This document shows, in pieces, positions 12,081 through 25,263 of a stretch of DNA of 64,000 nt. The stretch's first letter is position 1. Every line of letters begins with the position of its first letter. A model generated the notes under the pieces. That model searched no databases. It saw nothing but the letters and a program-made list of their open reading frames with translations, and was not told where the DNA came from. Made by a program: the position numbers and the translations under genes. This stretch comes from Magallana gigas. Taxonomy: Eukaryota. Where the stretch lies: NCBI RefSeq assembly GCF_963853765.1, contig NC_088860.1, positions 26,660,001 to 26,724,000 of the forward strand, written 5' to 3'.

Positions 12081-15000
12081 GGAGTCCTCTCTTTCAGATT
12101 GTTTATCAAGTGTCAGTATCAGGACATCCTAGTAATGAAAGTTTTACACTGATATGTTGTTCAGAGAGAGTTGTCTGTAAATTGCTGGTATGAGAATATG
12201 CCAAGCATCTGTTTGCAGTTTCTTTCGTTGCTATTCTCCCCTAGATGTTGATAAGTATGTTACAACAGCAGAGCTATGAAAAAGTGAGTAACCAACAGTT
12301 GTCACAGGCTTATTTGGCAGTCTATTTTCAATTCAAATTGTGCATGCTGTTCCAACTGTATACAGCTTTAATTTTATTATTTTGATTTCTTTTTCAAATG
12401 TGACATTATCATTTGATATGCATCTTCGCTAGCCAAGGGTTTTCGGTCCACTTTGCTCCCCGTAAACCCATGGCGGATTTCATTACGAAAACTCGGTGAC
12501 AAGCTCCATTTTGTGATTGGCTGCAGCTGCGAGTAGCTGATCCAATCGCAGTGCTTGTAAATATAAACTTTAAAAGAAAACATATGTGTGATTTTTGGTA
12601 AAACATTCGGTGCCTTTAAGTTGAGACAAAAGTTCTCGAGTACAGAGCTTACCGAACGATGTTCTAAGCACTGTGATTTCATCAATATTCGTTGAATACC
12701 AATTTTCGTGGATTTCGTTGTTTAGTTGATCCACGAAACTAAATGTTCATCGAAGTGCAATATCTATTAACATTTTGTATTGATAGGGTCATTGGCCACG
12801 AATTTACCTATCCTAAAAACTGTGATTTTCACTTTATCCACAAAAATTGATACCCTTGAATATTAATGAAACCACAGTAGTTTGCTTTAAAAACCTATAG
12901 ATATTACTGGGATTGAACATAGTTCTACAAACTTGTCAAGGCTCGCGTGATCAGCATGGGAAGTAAACATGGCGAATGTAGAAGTTGCCTATCCCGTTAA
13001 TACATGTATATACGTTCCTGCTTATGGTTATTGTGCCAAGGGTTTATGGGGAGCAAAGTGGACCGAAAACCCTTGGTTAGCGAAGATGTTTGATATGGGT
13101 CATTTTAAAGTCTTGTTTGTGATACATTTGTTTAATATTTAATGACATTTTCACTGCAGACTTGAGAATTTAAAAGAAAAACACTGAAAGTTGTTATTTA
13201 TTTGATTCATGCATGTACAAAATGTGGATAAAGCAGGCTTTCACAATTTCATTTTAAAAACTGATTGTGTGGTTTCTTTGCATATATTTACAGGTTAAAT
13301 TGCAACCATGCATTTATTTTCATATTGCATGGTTACCATGCATCTATTTTTAGAATGCATGGTTACCATGCATTTATTTTCAGATTGCATGCATGATGGT
13401 TACCATGCATTAATTATCAGACTGCATGGCTACCACTCTTCTCCATACAATATGCAGGATTTTCTTGCATGAATTGATAATTTTGCTTGATATGTTGAAA
13501 CTTTTAAAATTGTTGTATATGTTTTGCAAGAATTTTAGCTTCGGGTAACCAATTTCGTGCCAAGATATATGAAAACAGAACAGTGCTTTAATAATTATTA
13601 CCTTTCATTTGAATGAAGTTGGATTTTGAAAGTTAAACAACTTTCATTGTTTTTTAATTATCAAAAGATAATGGAAGTTGCAGATGTGACTTATTTTACT
13701 GTGTTGAGCAAAGATTTTATTAAAAGGTTTCGAAATTTCTGCTTACAGGATGATGAAGGTGGTGACATTGATGAGGGAGAGGAAGGGACTAAAGAGAAGC
13801 CGTCCACAACTGGCAGTCTAGGTAAGACACAGGCCCAAAATCTCTTTAGGGTCAAAAATATACTAAGTTGTGATCTCTCAGGGGTCAGGAAATTGTCCAT
13901 TCCAAAAAATTTCAGATAAATAAGAGTGTTGTGCTTTCCATTATCTCTCAGTACCGATGTATTTATGTAATCTTTCAAAGGTTAGAGTTTGTGTTCCTCC
14001 CACAAAATTCTCATTGATCAGTGTCCCAACATTATCCATTATCAATTTTTTTTTTGGGGGGGGGGGGGGGGAGGTAAGGGAAAGAGCAGTCTCACCCATA
14101 ATTGTCATAAGGCAGTTTCCTTTGGATGTTCTCCTAGAAATGGGGTTGGTGCTCCTCCCATAATTTTTTGGAGTTTATGTCCCTCCAATAGCTAGATTTA
14201 AAGACTGAGGGGCCGTTCTCTTAATATAGTTCATCAGGGTTGAAAGATATAGTTCCGTTACATAACCTGTGGGAGGTAGGCATTGTCCCTCCAATCATTT
14301 AACTTTTTAACCAATTCACCCTGAAATTCTTAATGATGTAGATGTAGACAAAATGAGGTTTAAATTCTGTGTATGTACTGCCAATGTGATTATACTTATC
14401 TCATTTTTGTTTATATACATAACTGTCAAAAATTCTTAATCTTAGACATTTTAAGTTTACGTTTTTTTTTTATTAAAATTTCATTTGTATGAATGCAGCC
14501 ATTAGTTTTCCAACCCAAGGCTAACAAATAATTATTTAATTGTGATGTCTAACATTAAAGTTAACCTGTTTAATAACTCATACAAGATTTAACAAATAAA
14601 ATGTCCCCTGAACTCTCAAGTGTAATATACTGGTATATTGCAAAAAGATAGTTCTACTGTTTAATGATATTTGACAATGATTATTATGATGATGAAAATG
14701 GTGATGGTGGTGATGAACAAAATATTTTCAATTTGATGATATGTTGATTGCAGATCAGGCAATGAGTATGTTATTATGTGATAAGTATGCAAAATTGAAC
14801 TTTTGAGCAATACTAAATGCCAGAAAAATTGGAACACTCCCAAAAGATATCTATCCAATATGATAAATGTTCCATAATAGTTCTTTTGGAATAATCAACT
14901 GATTATGAAAAAGAAATGTTCTTCATTAAGTGTCGAGAAAATGTGCTGAACCACACCCTACCCCCAGTAATTGATTTTTTTTTTTATTGATTACAGTGTT

Positions 15001-18000
15001 GCTCAAAAGATCTTTTTCTTACCAAATGTACACTCTATCAAAAGCAACAAGCAACTTTGGTCTATGCATAAGGTCTACCAATTATTTCTCTCTGTCTTTA
15101 TACCCACCTCTAGGTTATGGTAAGAGTTACGGTTCCTGCATGTGATATATATCTCTATAGTTAGGGGCACAATTCAGTATGATTTAGTTGGAAAGGGGAA
15201 GCTTCTCAATGCAACTGTTTTGTTTCAGAGATCCTCCAACATAAGTTGTGTAACAACTTTCCTTAATTATCATTAGAAGCAAATATTCAGAATCCATTTT
15301 TCTGTTATATTCACCTATAATAATTAATTTTTGCATGAAATGCTACATTGGAAAAGAAAACTTTTTATATGGGCCCTGAACTAGAGTACAGGTTTTTTTT
15401 TATTATTTGATTGAAATAAAATGGTGTAACAACGTAATATGTATACCATAGTATTATGTGCTTAGAATTGCCGTACCCAATTTATTATACTTCAATATCA
15501 TTTGAGAATAAAATAAAGTTATAAATGTATCACTTGTAAAAAAAACAAAAACCAAAAAACATTATGCTGGATGCAATATAAAGTATATTGGCACATACTT
15601 AAAAAAAAGTCTACTATAAAAATTGCATGGGGGATTTTAAAATTATACTGCAGTCTGCATGTATCTTATGAACAGAGTCAACAAATAAGTTGTACATGTA
15701 CTTATAATATGTACTATTATAGATATTCATTATAAATATGAAGTGCATGAGACACATTTACAAACTAGTTCTATCATTTCTGCATGCTCTAGTCAAAGAC
15801 GATTCTGAAAGTTGATATACATACATTGTAAACTGTCAATCAATAACAGAACTGGCATCAATTAGCTGTACAGTAGAATCTCAGGTCAATGGTGATGGCA
15901 GACATATCATATAGCTCTCCTTGTGCTGAACTAACCAACTATTGCATCTCACTAATTCAACAGCAACAACTAAATGGATTAGATAATGATGTCGGATTGT
16001 TAACAAATTATATTTTATTAATAAATAATGAATTAATTAACTATCAATGTATGTTAACCTGTTGAAATATTCAAACATCTGTATTGCTGCATTTTTTTAA
16101 AGAATGATTTTGTTTTAGACATGAGTTTGTTTTAAATGTCTTTGTTGAATATCTGCTGCACTGTATCAAATGACGCCAGTTTTTTGACAAGTTTTGTGCT
16201 TTGTTAACAGGTGCCATGTATGGGGGAGGAAGCGACCTCTTCTACAGCCAGTTTGACTTACACACCCGGGACCAGAAAAGGAGCCAGATCATTCTTCTAG
16301 AGGTAAATGATCCAGTCAAAGTTTATATGGATAAACCTCTGGTCAATGCTTATCAGAATTGTCAGAAAGTATTTTTTGAAATCTGTAAAAAAGAAAATTC
16401 AGTTAATTAGAATAGGTCTACCTAGTCCTTTTTTTTTTATCTATATTTTTTTGGGGGCATTATTTGATAGGATGCCATCTACCGAATCAAGAACACCTTT
16501 AACAAGGAGTTTGATGATGTGTACCAGAAGAAGCTGTCCGAGATTTCCAAGATAAAGGATAAGAACAAGAGGATCGTGAAGATTCTGCAGGATCTGGACC
16601 TGACAGAGGAAGTGGTCAAGCCAGAACTGTCCATTTATGAGGACCCTGAGTCTCTGCTGACTGTGGAGGATCATGAGGTGGGTAATGGGCGCTTGGGGTG
16701 GTGGGAGGGCAATAGAAGAAGGAAGGGACTCTGAGTCTTACAGCGGGATCATGAGGTGGGTAATGGGCGCTTGGGGTGGTGGGAGGGCAATAGAAGAAGG
16801 AAGGTACTCTAAGTCTTAGTGGGGGATCATGAGGTGGGTAATGGGCGAAAGGGATGTTGGGAGGGCAATAGAAGAAAGTAGGGGCTCTGAGTCTTAGTGG
16901 AGGATCATGAGGTGGGTAATGGGCGAAAGGGATGTTGGGAGGGCAATAGAAGAAAGTAGGGGCTTTGAGTCTTAGTGGAGGATCATGAGGTAGGTAATGG
17001 GCGCTTGGGATGGTGGGAGGCCAATAGAAGTAGGTGGGCTCTGAGTCTTAGCATGTTGTTTGCTACTGGATGGTTGAGATTTGGAACCGCAAGGAAAAGA
17101 GGGAGGGGGAAGGGCTTTAGACTACTTACCCTTTGTTAGTACATGTTTACCTAAGAATTAATTAAATCAGATTGGGTATGTGATAGAGTAGGGTCATAAG
17201 ATATATTAAAGGTTTTTTTGTGAGTTTGGTTGGATAGGGTTGGTATATCCTTTGGATGAACACTTGTTGAAAGAAACTCAATTGATATTGGCTCTTGAAG
17301 GAGGATAATGTTGTAGAAATAGATGTGTTCATGGTTAAAAGACTCTGTCTACTGAATCTACTCCAATGATATTCAATGAGAATCGCTCTTTGTATTATGA
17401 GGTAAATAATTGATGCAATAAAGAGGGAGCATTGAATCAGAAATTTCAGAGTGTGTTTATGATAAAAGCATTCAGTTTCTTGTGTATTATTGAAGGAGCG
17501 GAAGTCACCTGCTCAATGTTGATTATTGGGGGAAATGAGTGATCAAATTGTTCTTCATGGAAGTATACGTTAAATATTTCTGATGATTGAGCTTTTTTTG
17601 TAATACTAGGTAAAAGTGGAGAAATATCTGACAGCTGCACAGAGGAAGGAACAAGAGAGGAAAGAGAAGGAGGAAGAGGAGAGAAGAATCCGGGAGCAAG
17701 GTGACAACGCCCGAGAGAGAGGTCTCGACATGATGATGGGTGGAGTCCTGGAAATCAAGAAAGAGGACGAACTAAAGAAGGTCAGTCCATTTTACTGCTT
17801 CAGCTAGATCTCTTCTTTTCTTTTTTTCTTTTTTTGGCAGTCTTTCATTCTTCATGCATGTATGATTGGATGTTTTACCCTTCAGAAAACAAATATTCAA
17901 GAAGGTCAACAAAGCAACTTTACAAGATGCTTTATTTAAGTAATTTTTCAGTCAAGCATGAATAAAATGTTATGGCATATGAAACTAGATAAAAGTGAGT

Positions 18001-21000
18001 CCTTTTTGGACAGCTTTATATTTGTTGGTTTTGTTACTAGGTTTTTTGGATGCAATTTTTACATGAGAGTACTTCACAGTAAATGAATTATATTCCCTGG
18101 ATCCTGTGTTTTAAAAATGCTACAGTACATAAAAAGAGGGAAAAAAACATGTACCAGTATTCTTTATGCAAGTGAAAATTTCACTGAGGTATGTATATAT
18201 GATTTTTCCACTCAGGATGTCCCTAAGCCACTGTTCATGTCCACCAAGGAACCCACGGACTGGTCGGAGGATGAACAGAAACTGGCCAAAGAATACGAAA
18301 AGAAGGTCAAGGACTTGCAGGAAGAGAGGGAAAAGTACAGAAAGGTCAGCATCATGCAGTGTTAAATGGTTGCTGGTTATGCGGGAAGACTTGGGCCTCT
18401 GACTGTATTTTAACTGTGTATCAATAGATGCATAGGAGACTTCAAAAATTCCTGGCCATCACAAAAAATTTCTTATATATTTATGCAGAAACAAATTTTA
18501 AATGTATTGTACAAATTATTTTTATGTGCATGTACTACTACACATAGCAGGTTCTTTTGGCAGATCTAAAATGTTAAGATATTATGAATTTGTTTTACAA
18601 ACATTCGCAATTTTTTCAATATCAAGATTTTCCATGTAATTAACATACTATAAGGTAGCATAATTTTTGTTACCGGTAACTTTAAATTTGGTGATTTAAT
18701 TTTAACCACCAATATATGCCAAAATAACTATGTTGTAATTAAATGAGAGTTGACAAAGGGTGTGTTCCGTCCTGATGTGGTCTTTAATTTATTTTTATAG
18801 CAACTAGAAACTGAATTGAGAAAACTGCAAAGCATCATCCAAGAGAGCATGCAGGGCTTTGATGATAACCTGACCCAGCTGTTTATGAAGAAGATCAAAA
18901 TCATGATGGTCATTTACCAGGTCAGTCCTACATCTTTTTTTTTTTTAGCAGTACGAGATTTGTCATTTGGCAGTTTAACCAAAATAAGACTTTTGTATGC
19001 TACAATATTTAGAAGGGTAGTGCTGGTTTTACAGATTTTCTATAATAGAGTATGTATTGTAGAGAAATAGAATTTTGTGAAGATTTTTATAAAAGTAATT
19101 TTTCCTCAGTATGTGGATAATTGTATAGCAGGAGTAGGTTGTTAGAATGTGGTCAAGTTCATGCAGTTATTTGTCATTTGAGTGACATTAAATCAGATGA
19201 CAATCTATTTTGTGACATCGGCATTGATTGCATTCATGGTTTGCAGGAGGAGCTGAAGATCCTTCGGCTGAGGTACTCTTTGTTAGTGGAGGAAGAAATG
19301 GAGACCAGAGAGAAGGAGCTGAATCATCTGATGGAACACAAGAAGGCCATGAAGGTATTTAGAGAGACTGTGCCCCATCAATGACCTCTCATAGATTGCC
19401 TTGTGTAATGCTGGGTGGCATGAACCTAATCACCCAAATAAATCTATTTGTCAATTGTTCCAAGGTTTCTCCCATGGTGTTTTGAATGTCAAGCTTATTG
19501 TCAATGATTCAAACCACACAAAGTCTTATAAAGTTAAAACTACCCACAATATTGGTCAAATTTACAAGTAAATTTACAGAGACCTCATAATACATGTTTC
19601 ATATATTAAACATTGAAATTATCAGTTTTTGTGTTTTAAACATTTGCTTTTCTTCACAAGGCTCTGACAGCCACAGCTGTGATGGAGTCCAAGAAACACA
19701 TGGATGCCTTCAGAGGGCACTACGACGATTTGAATGCGGAGGACAAGGTGATGGACAAAGCGTTCAAGCGTGAATTCAACGACGTCACGGCAGTTCAACA
19801 GGATCAGCTGTACAGGCTGTTCAGGAAGAGGCCCAGGTCTGTAGCATTTTGTACCCCCACTTATTAAAGTAAATGTGTACCATTAAGTCTTTTAAGCCCT
19901 AAGCTTATTATGTTGCACAGCAAAATTGTGATTACTTTGGCAATGGTTTAAAAGACAGCCATTTCTTATCCAACTTCATCTTAAGGCAGTATAATTAACT
20001 TAATTAGAGATTGACTTTTATTGATGTCAATGGATACTAAACTGAGTGAACTAAACTTATGAAAAGTAAGAATAGTCAACTCACTTCAGATTTTGTTGAA
20101 GCTAAATAAAATTAAAAGTGGGAGAATCTGAAAAGCTAGTTTTCTTGATTTTTTTATCGATTTATGGAAGCATGTGCTTAGAAATTTTATTGACAATCAA
20201 TGGCTATCATAGACCTATGGTTATTCTAGGCTTTTAAAGGATTTAAAAAAAATTGCTTCTCTTACTATGTGCCTTATCTACATACATTGTACTTGTGTTA
20301 AAAATAATTGCAAATATTAAGTTTTCATTATTTTTTTAATCAGAATCCCCAGACTGAAGGGCTTTGACACGCCCGCTCCATCTACGGCAGACTCCTCCCT
20401 GCCCAATCCGTTTGCTGACCGCCCGTCCACAGCCAGACAGCACGCCCAGGCCAAGTCCCAACTGGAGGCCGCCATTAATGACCTGGACAAAATCTCCAAC
20501 ATGCCCGAGGGCATTGATGAATCAGTGTGGCAACGGCTCTGTGCCTACAGGAGGGAAAAGATTGAGAATGACTTACTGGTAAAACTACCATCAATTTCAC
20601 TAAAGTCTCATATTAGGAACAGTCATAGTCAATTTTATGTTTTGACGGAAAAAATAAAAAAGGATACCTATAATCAACGGTAATATTTATGCCAATTAAA
20701 CTATTTCACAGATCAAACAGAAAGCCTTGGTTCTAGCTGAGATGGATAACTTTTACAAGAAGAGAGTGGAGGAAGATGAGAGGCTGAGGAATGAAATTGA
20801 GGGCATCTTTGACACACTTAACAAGTAAGGCATAGAATCTGGAGCATCCATGGCCCTGAGGCCATAAAACCTAGACAAGCCCACTTTTAATCTCGGTCTC
20901 ACTTTTCAACTAAGCAGTGTCATGTGTATTCCTTTTGTGAAAGTAAGTCTTGGATCAAAAATGAGATTGTCTTAGTTTTTATGGCCAGGTATTTGTATTT

Positions 21001-23605
21001 GTCTAAAAAAAAGGCTGGCTGTATTTTCACTTTCTCTGCTAAGAAAAAAGTTTTGTTTAATTTCATTGATAAGAAACCGAAGGATTAGGCATGGTATATA
21101 AATTCTCTTAATCATAATTGTGAGTGTTAAATTTCTGCGTATGTTGGCATCAACTACCTGACTGTAGATTCTTTATTTAACATGTGACTTGATTACTTAA
21201 TTATGTGATCCAGCTAGTTTGTACTAAATTGCGAGAGGATAAACGCAAATGCAGAACTTTTATCCTACATTAATTGTAATTTCTAATAGTTCTTGATCTT
21301 GAGGGGCACTTCTGACAATTTTAAGCAGTTATCAATTTCTCAAATTAGGAAAATGCAATGTACAGTATTGCATAAGGCCATAGTTTTACTGCAGGGATTC
21401 TGGCAGAGGTTTTGGATTGGTTTCAGTTGTTTTTTTGGTTTTTTCAGATTACATGATGACAGAGTGCGATTCAACCTGAACCTTGAGGTTCAGTTAATGC
21501 TCAAACAAGGTCAGGTGGAGGTGGATCCGACCAACTTCATTCAGGACTACAAGGACAGCGCCCTGATTCACAGGACGGTGGTGGAGGAGCTCAACAGCAA
21601 CATCAAGGTGGGGCACAGGCGTGTAATGGGGGTCAAGGCGGGGGCATGTATGGGAGCTTATCTAGGTCAAGATCCAAAAGTTGAACAATTAGGTCAAGCC
21701 CCATGAATGTTGCAATATACTTCTTGAAGATATTGAATTTGTGTCTATATACAGTCAAACTTCTTTATCTTGAACTTTAATAACTTTGAGATATCAGAGT
21801 ATTTGAGATATGAGGGTAAAATACTTAAAAGATAAGTGGTTTGGACTTACAAATCACTTCGACACATCCATTGTATTAGGGATATTAGTGTTCGAGATAG
21901 CGAAGTTCAACTGTTGAGGGTTTGTTTAACAAGTTAAAAAGATAAGTTGAATATACTTTCAGCATAGATTGTATAGTTTATTACTGTTAGACATATATAA
22001 TATATAAGTTATTCAAATTTTCTTACTTTAAACAGTGTTAAGGTCTAGTTTGGAGGACTTAAGAATGCAGTATTTCAAAGTTTGACTAACCTGGTTTTGG
22101 TCTCTATTCTATTGGAGCATCTGTAGTATATACTATCATTGATACACAATTAAAGTTTATTTCAATTTCTTATTTTGCAGCAACTTGGTGAGAGCAAGAT
22201 AACAAGTATGATGGAGAGCAAGGACTTTAGGAAAGGAATTATACAGCTAGAATGGTAATTAATTGTTAATCATAATGATTATTATTTTTTAATTGATTGC
22301 AATGAGTGTTTGATATATTTTGTATTGCTTAATGGGTAATATATTTCAAAAACGTCTTTTCAAAAAATTCAAGAAGTTGAATACTAATCACTGAGGAAGG
22401 AAATGATTCCAGGGACATTAAGATATTCTCGAAACTTATGGGGTTTGATATATACATGACTTTTTTACAACAGGGAACAAAAGCGAATGTTGATGCAAAT
22501 GGAGGATCTTCAAAATAAAATGAAGGACATTCAGTTTATGAAAGTAACTAGGGAGATTCAATTGGTAAGTTTAGCTTCACATCTATCTCCACAATCTTTT
22601 TCAAATATTTTTATTATGCACTTTATCTAAATCATGCTTGCTATATCTTAAAAAAAATATTTAAATTATTAAAGAAAATTTAAAAAATTACAGTGTATTT
22701 GTATCAAATGCTAGCCAAATCTTGAAAGAAATGTAAAAGGAATTAAAAAATGGTAACCAAATTCTATTTAATAATCTAATCCATACTGTTTTGTTTTGTT
22801 TATAGTATCTATCTAATGAAGATTATGAAGGTAAAAAATCAGAAGAAATTGGAAAGTTGGAACAGACCATTCTTACACAGTTAAAGGTAAAGCATACAGG
22901 GACGTAATTGACAAGGAAGATCTAGATCTTAGGAATACAGAAATCATTTCTATTGGTGTTCTTAATGTCATTCATTTGGTTGCCAGATATTTTTAGCAAT
23001 TTTAATCAAAAACCAAAAGTAGGTATAATTTTAATCAATATTCTTCCAATTTTTTTTGTAGCATCATGAGAAGAATGTCAGAGAAAAGAAGCGAATCATG
23101 AAGGATTTAGGAAAAACAGTAAAATCGCGGGATTCCGAGAACTCTTCCATGGACAATGATTTGGCGGAACTGAATGTGACGGTGAATGAGAGGAGGCATA
23201 TCGATGAAGTCAATGGTAAGTATGTTACTATGGACAACATCTCATGTTTTATAGACATTTTATTGGGAAGACTATAAATACATGTACTTTGCCTTCCTCT
23301 AGATTAGTTTATTTTAGAGATTAAGGATTCTGAGTGATGAAAATCAAATGTAATTGCCACCACAAAAATATTTTAAGGTAACATAAATAGTTATTAGAGG
23401 AAATAATGACCCAAATTTATCATTTTGTTCTTTAGCGGACAGAAGATCCAATACTGGAACAGAAAAACGATATCAAGAAATCGTGCAGCGTCGAAAGTTA
23501 GTCGATCTCGCCAAAGCTCAGGCACAGGAAGTGGCTGTTTTACGAGCAGAAGTAGAGCGATTGAGAATGAGAACTTTCCCAGCTTTAGTTCAGGTTGAAC
23601 ACTAG
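2044..23605 (+). CDS. CFAP43: Cilia- and flagella-associated protein 43 (WD40 + coiled-coil), spliced, 5'-partial
   Basis: 34 GT-AG exons with consistent phases: 2044-2126, 2566-2697, 2797-2913, 3560-3640, 3751-3899, 4195-4298, 4671-4814, 5439-5623, 7514-7585 (possibly cassette), 8395-8538, 8661-8788, 9030-9204, 9608-9712, 9826-9903, 10194-10319, 10525-10629, 11386-11502, 11893-11943, 13749-13821, 16211-16302, 16471-16677, 17610-17780, 18216-18344, 18801-18920, 19247-19354, 19661-19836, 20344-20578, 20712-20824, 21448-21607, 22181-22254, 22474-22564, 22806-22886, 23062-23215, 23436-23605 (TAG). WD40 repeats ([30 protein letters not shown]) are followed by coiled coils and the C-terminus [37 protein letters not shown], which I recognise as the CFAP43 end. 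About 1415 aa here; the first ~250 aa must lie upstream. Confidence 0.95.
3204..3421. mobile_element. PIF/Harbinger-like MITE
   Basis: TIRs ggc..ttttacaaaagaacttacgac / gtcgtaagttcttttgtaaaacgcc, flanked by the 3-bp direct repeat CTG on both sides. Confidence 0.75.
4799..5290 (+). repeat. 68-bp tandem repeat, 7 copies plus a partial, spanning the CFAP43 exon end and donor site
   Basis: Units start at 4799, 4867, 4935, 5003, 5071, 5139 and 5207. Consensus gaggagatgatgaaag|gttaggtcttagttcattatta(c/a)ataaacataggcacagacaggttgtttta. Confidence 0.97.
10329..10469. other. Assembly gap (N run), intronic
   Basis: N run; flanking CFAP43 exons join in frame. Confidence 1.
10890..11159 (-). mobile_element. 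tRNA-derived SINE (CORE-like central domain)
   Basis: The minus strand begins ggagcacatggctcagtgtt (A box)...ggttcaaacc (B box), then gtgcacttagacgaggcactt (CORE-like), aacctgcgatggactagtgtcccatccagggg and a cagaaaccaggataagc tail typical of invertebrate SINE2 families. The exact family was not determined. Confidence 0.8.
12027..12075. repeat. (GA)n microsatellite
   Basis: Pure GA run. Confidence 0.97.
12421..13088. mobile_element. Non-autonomous DNA transposon with ~55-bp TIRs and 9-bp TSD (Mutator-like)
   Basis: catcttcgctagccaagggttttcggtccactttgctcccc at the left end, its reverse complement at 13035-13088. The TSD tttgatatg is at 12412-12420 and 13089-13097. Confidence 0.88.
12671..12877. 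mobile_element. MITE nested in the Mutator-like element
   Basis: TIRs ctgtgatttcatcaatattc / gaatattaatgaaaccacag. Confidence 0.75.
13301..13435. repeat. ~30-bp minisatellite with a palindromic core, ~5 copies
   Basis: tgcatggttaccatgca cores at 13326, 13356, ~13396 and 13423. Confidence 0.85.
16668..17051 (+). repeat. 78-bp G-rich tandem repeat, 5 copies, spanning the CFAP43 exon end and donor site
   Basis: Units start at 16668, 16746, 16824, 16902 and 16980, each beginning ggatcatgag|gt(g/a)ggtaatgggcg. Confidence 0.97.
21752..21913. mobile_element. Tc1/mariner (Tigger/pogo-like) MITE
   Basis: ta|cagtcaaacttctttatcttgaac ... gttcgagatagcgaagttcaactg, imperfect TIRs. Confidence 0.65.
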
Positions 23606-24271
23606 CAAAGGAGAAAATGTGAACACTGTGATCGCTTATTCCTAATGTACAATTATCAGCCGAGTGTTGTCTTCAAAGAATGCAGGACAAATTAATTGCT
23701 TGTTTGAGCTTTATTTTCAATCGGAAGACAAAAATGTGACAAATTAGACCCTTGTTACTATTAATATATTAGTTTGCATGTGTTATACTTGCATTGAATT
23801 TTGTTTAAGGAATTGAATGAAATGTTAAATTTACTGCTTTATTTTCTGCAAATATTAAATGAAGTTATTTTTAAAATTAAAGATACATGTACCTGCCCTA
23901 TATGGCATAAAATTTCAGTACAATTTTATGAGAAAGTTTATACAGATATTTGTTATACTGTGTATATGAAACTGAAACTATTTTATCTCTGTGATATCAC
24001 TACAATGTTTATTTAAAAATGATTTGATGAAATATAAATATTTCGAAAACATTGCTAGTTTCCCTCTCCTCTTTTATGCTTTGTTAATAGACCTGATTTA
24101 TTCCAATTTACATTTAGTGTAACAGCAGAGTGTGGAGAGTGGGCCTCCAGTGTTCAGTAATACATTGTGCTCTGAAATACTCCAAAGCTAATTAAAACTC
24201 CTGCCATACATATTCGATCCAGATGAAGTTAGTGTGGACAGGACTCCCCTTTTGATAAAAGACCTTTTGAC

Positions 24272-24491
24272 TACTGCAGATTCCTAATTAAAGGCAAGAA
24301 ATTAATACCCGCGTAAAATCGCGAGGACCACCCTTCGCGGATTTTAAAATCTTGCCATTATTTTTTGAGAGTTGAAAACTATAAGAAATATATAAGCATA
24401 AAAAATCTCGGGATTTTATATTCTCGCGATTTGATTAAAAACATCGGGATCGCTGAATTAAGTACTCACGTAATATAAGGAATTTACAGTA
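24272..24491. mobile_element. TA-flanked MITE
   Basis: TIRs tactgcagattcct / aggaatttacagta. Confidence 0.75.
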
Positions 24492-24756
24492 TCAATACAT
24501 TTTACTCCAACAGATAATACTCCAAAAGCTAATACTCCAAAACTAATAAAACACTCTGCCATAACTTTTCTCAGAAAAACAAAGTTAGGACAGGACTCGC
24601 ATTTGGATAAAAGACCTTTTGACTATCTTTTTCACCGTGGATCTGAACACTCCTCCCCTAATCGGGTATTAAAACCCAAATCTATGGTATGAACAAATTA
24701 TTCCTATATATTTACATCTACCAAGTATTATTCCCTCTATTTCTTATTAAAACTTA

Positions 24757-24952
24757 TACTGTGGAATCATCATTGTTCGTATGGTAACCCTTGCCTATGA
24801 ATTTACAATCCCAGGAACGTATATACAAGCATTCTTTGTTTATAATAATTAACATCCCGAACTTTCTTACATCCAAATTACGTCCCCATGAACCAGGAAA
24901 AGTTTGGCTACCCAAGAACATGGACCCCACAAATAAAAATGATTCTTAAGTA
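24757..24952. mobile_element. TA-target MITE inserted in a host repeat
   Basis: tactgtggaatcat ... atgattcttaagta. The second copy of the host repeat has the empty site aaactta-ta-gtt at ~41702. Confidence 0.75.
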
Positions 24953-25263
24953 GTTGATTTATAGCTCTATAAAAACAGCCAGACAGAAATCATTATGGTC
25001 AAAACGTAAAGCTAATAAAACTGACAGCACTTAAATCTACATGCCCCTTTTATTAATTGGTTGAAACCTACAGTGACCTAAGAAAAATCAGGGACTGCCA
25101 GAAGTAATTATGATGATGTCAGACTCAAAGTCCCATAGGAGTCGATTTCGCGGTTTCTTTTAGGTAACGTACTGATGTCCATTAACAATAATTTGCAGTT
25201 GGTAAATTTTTCTTACTTTTCACGATAGATTTATGAATTTGTTAAAAGAAAGATGTAAATATA

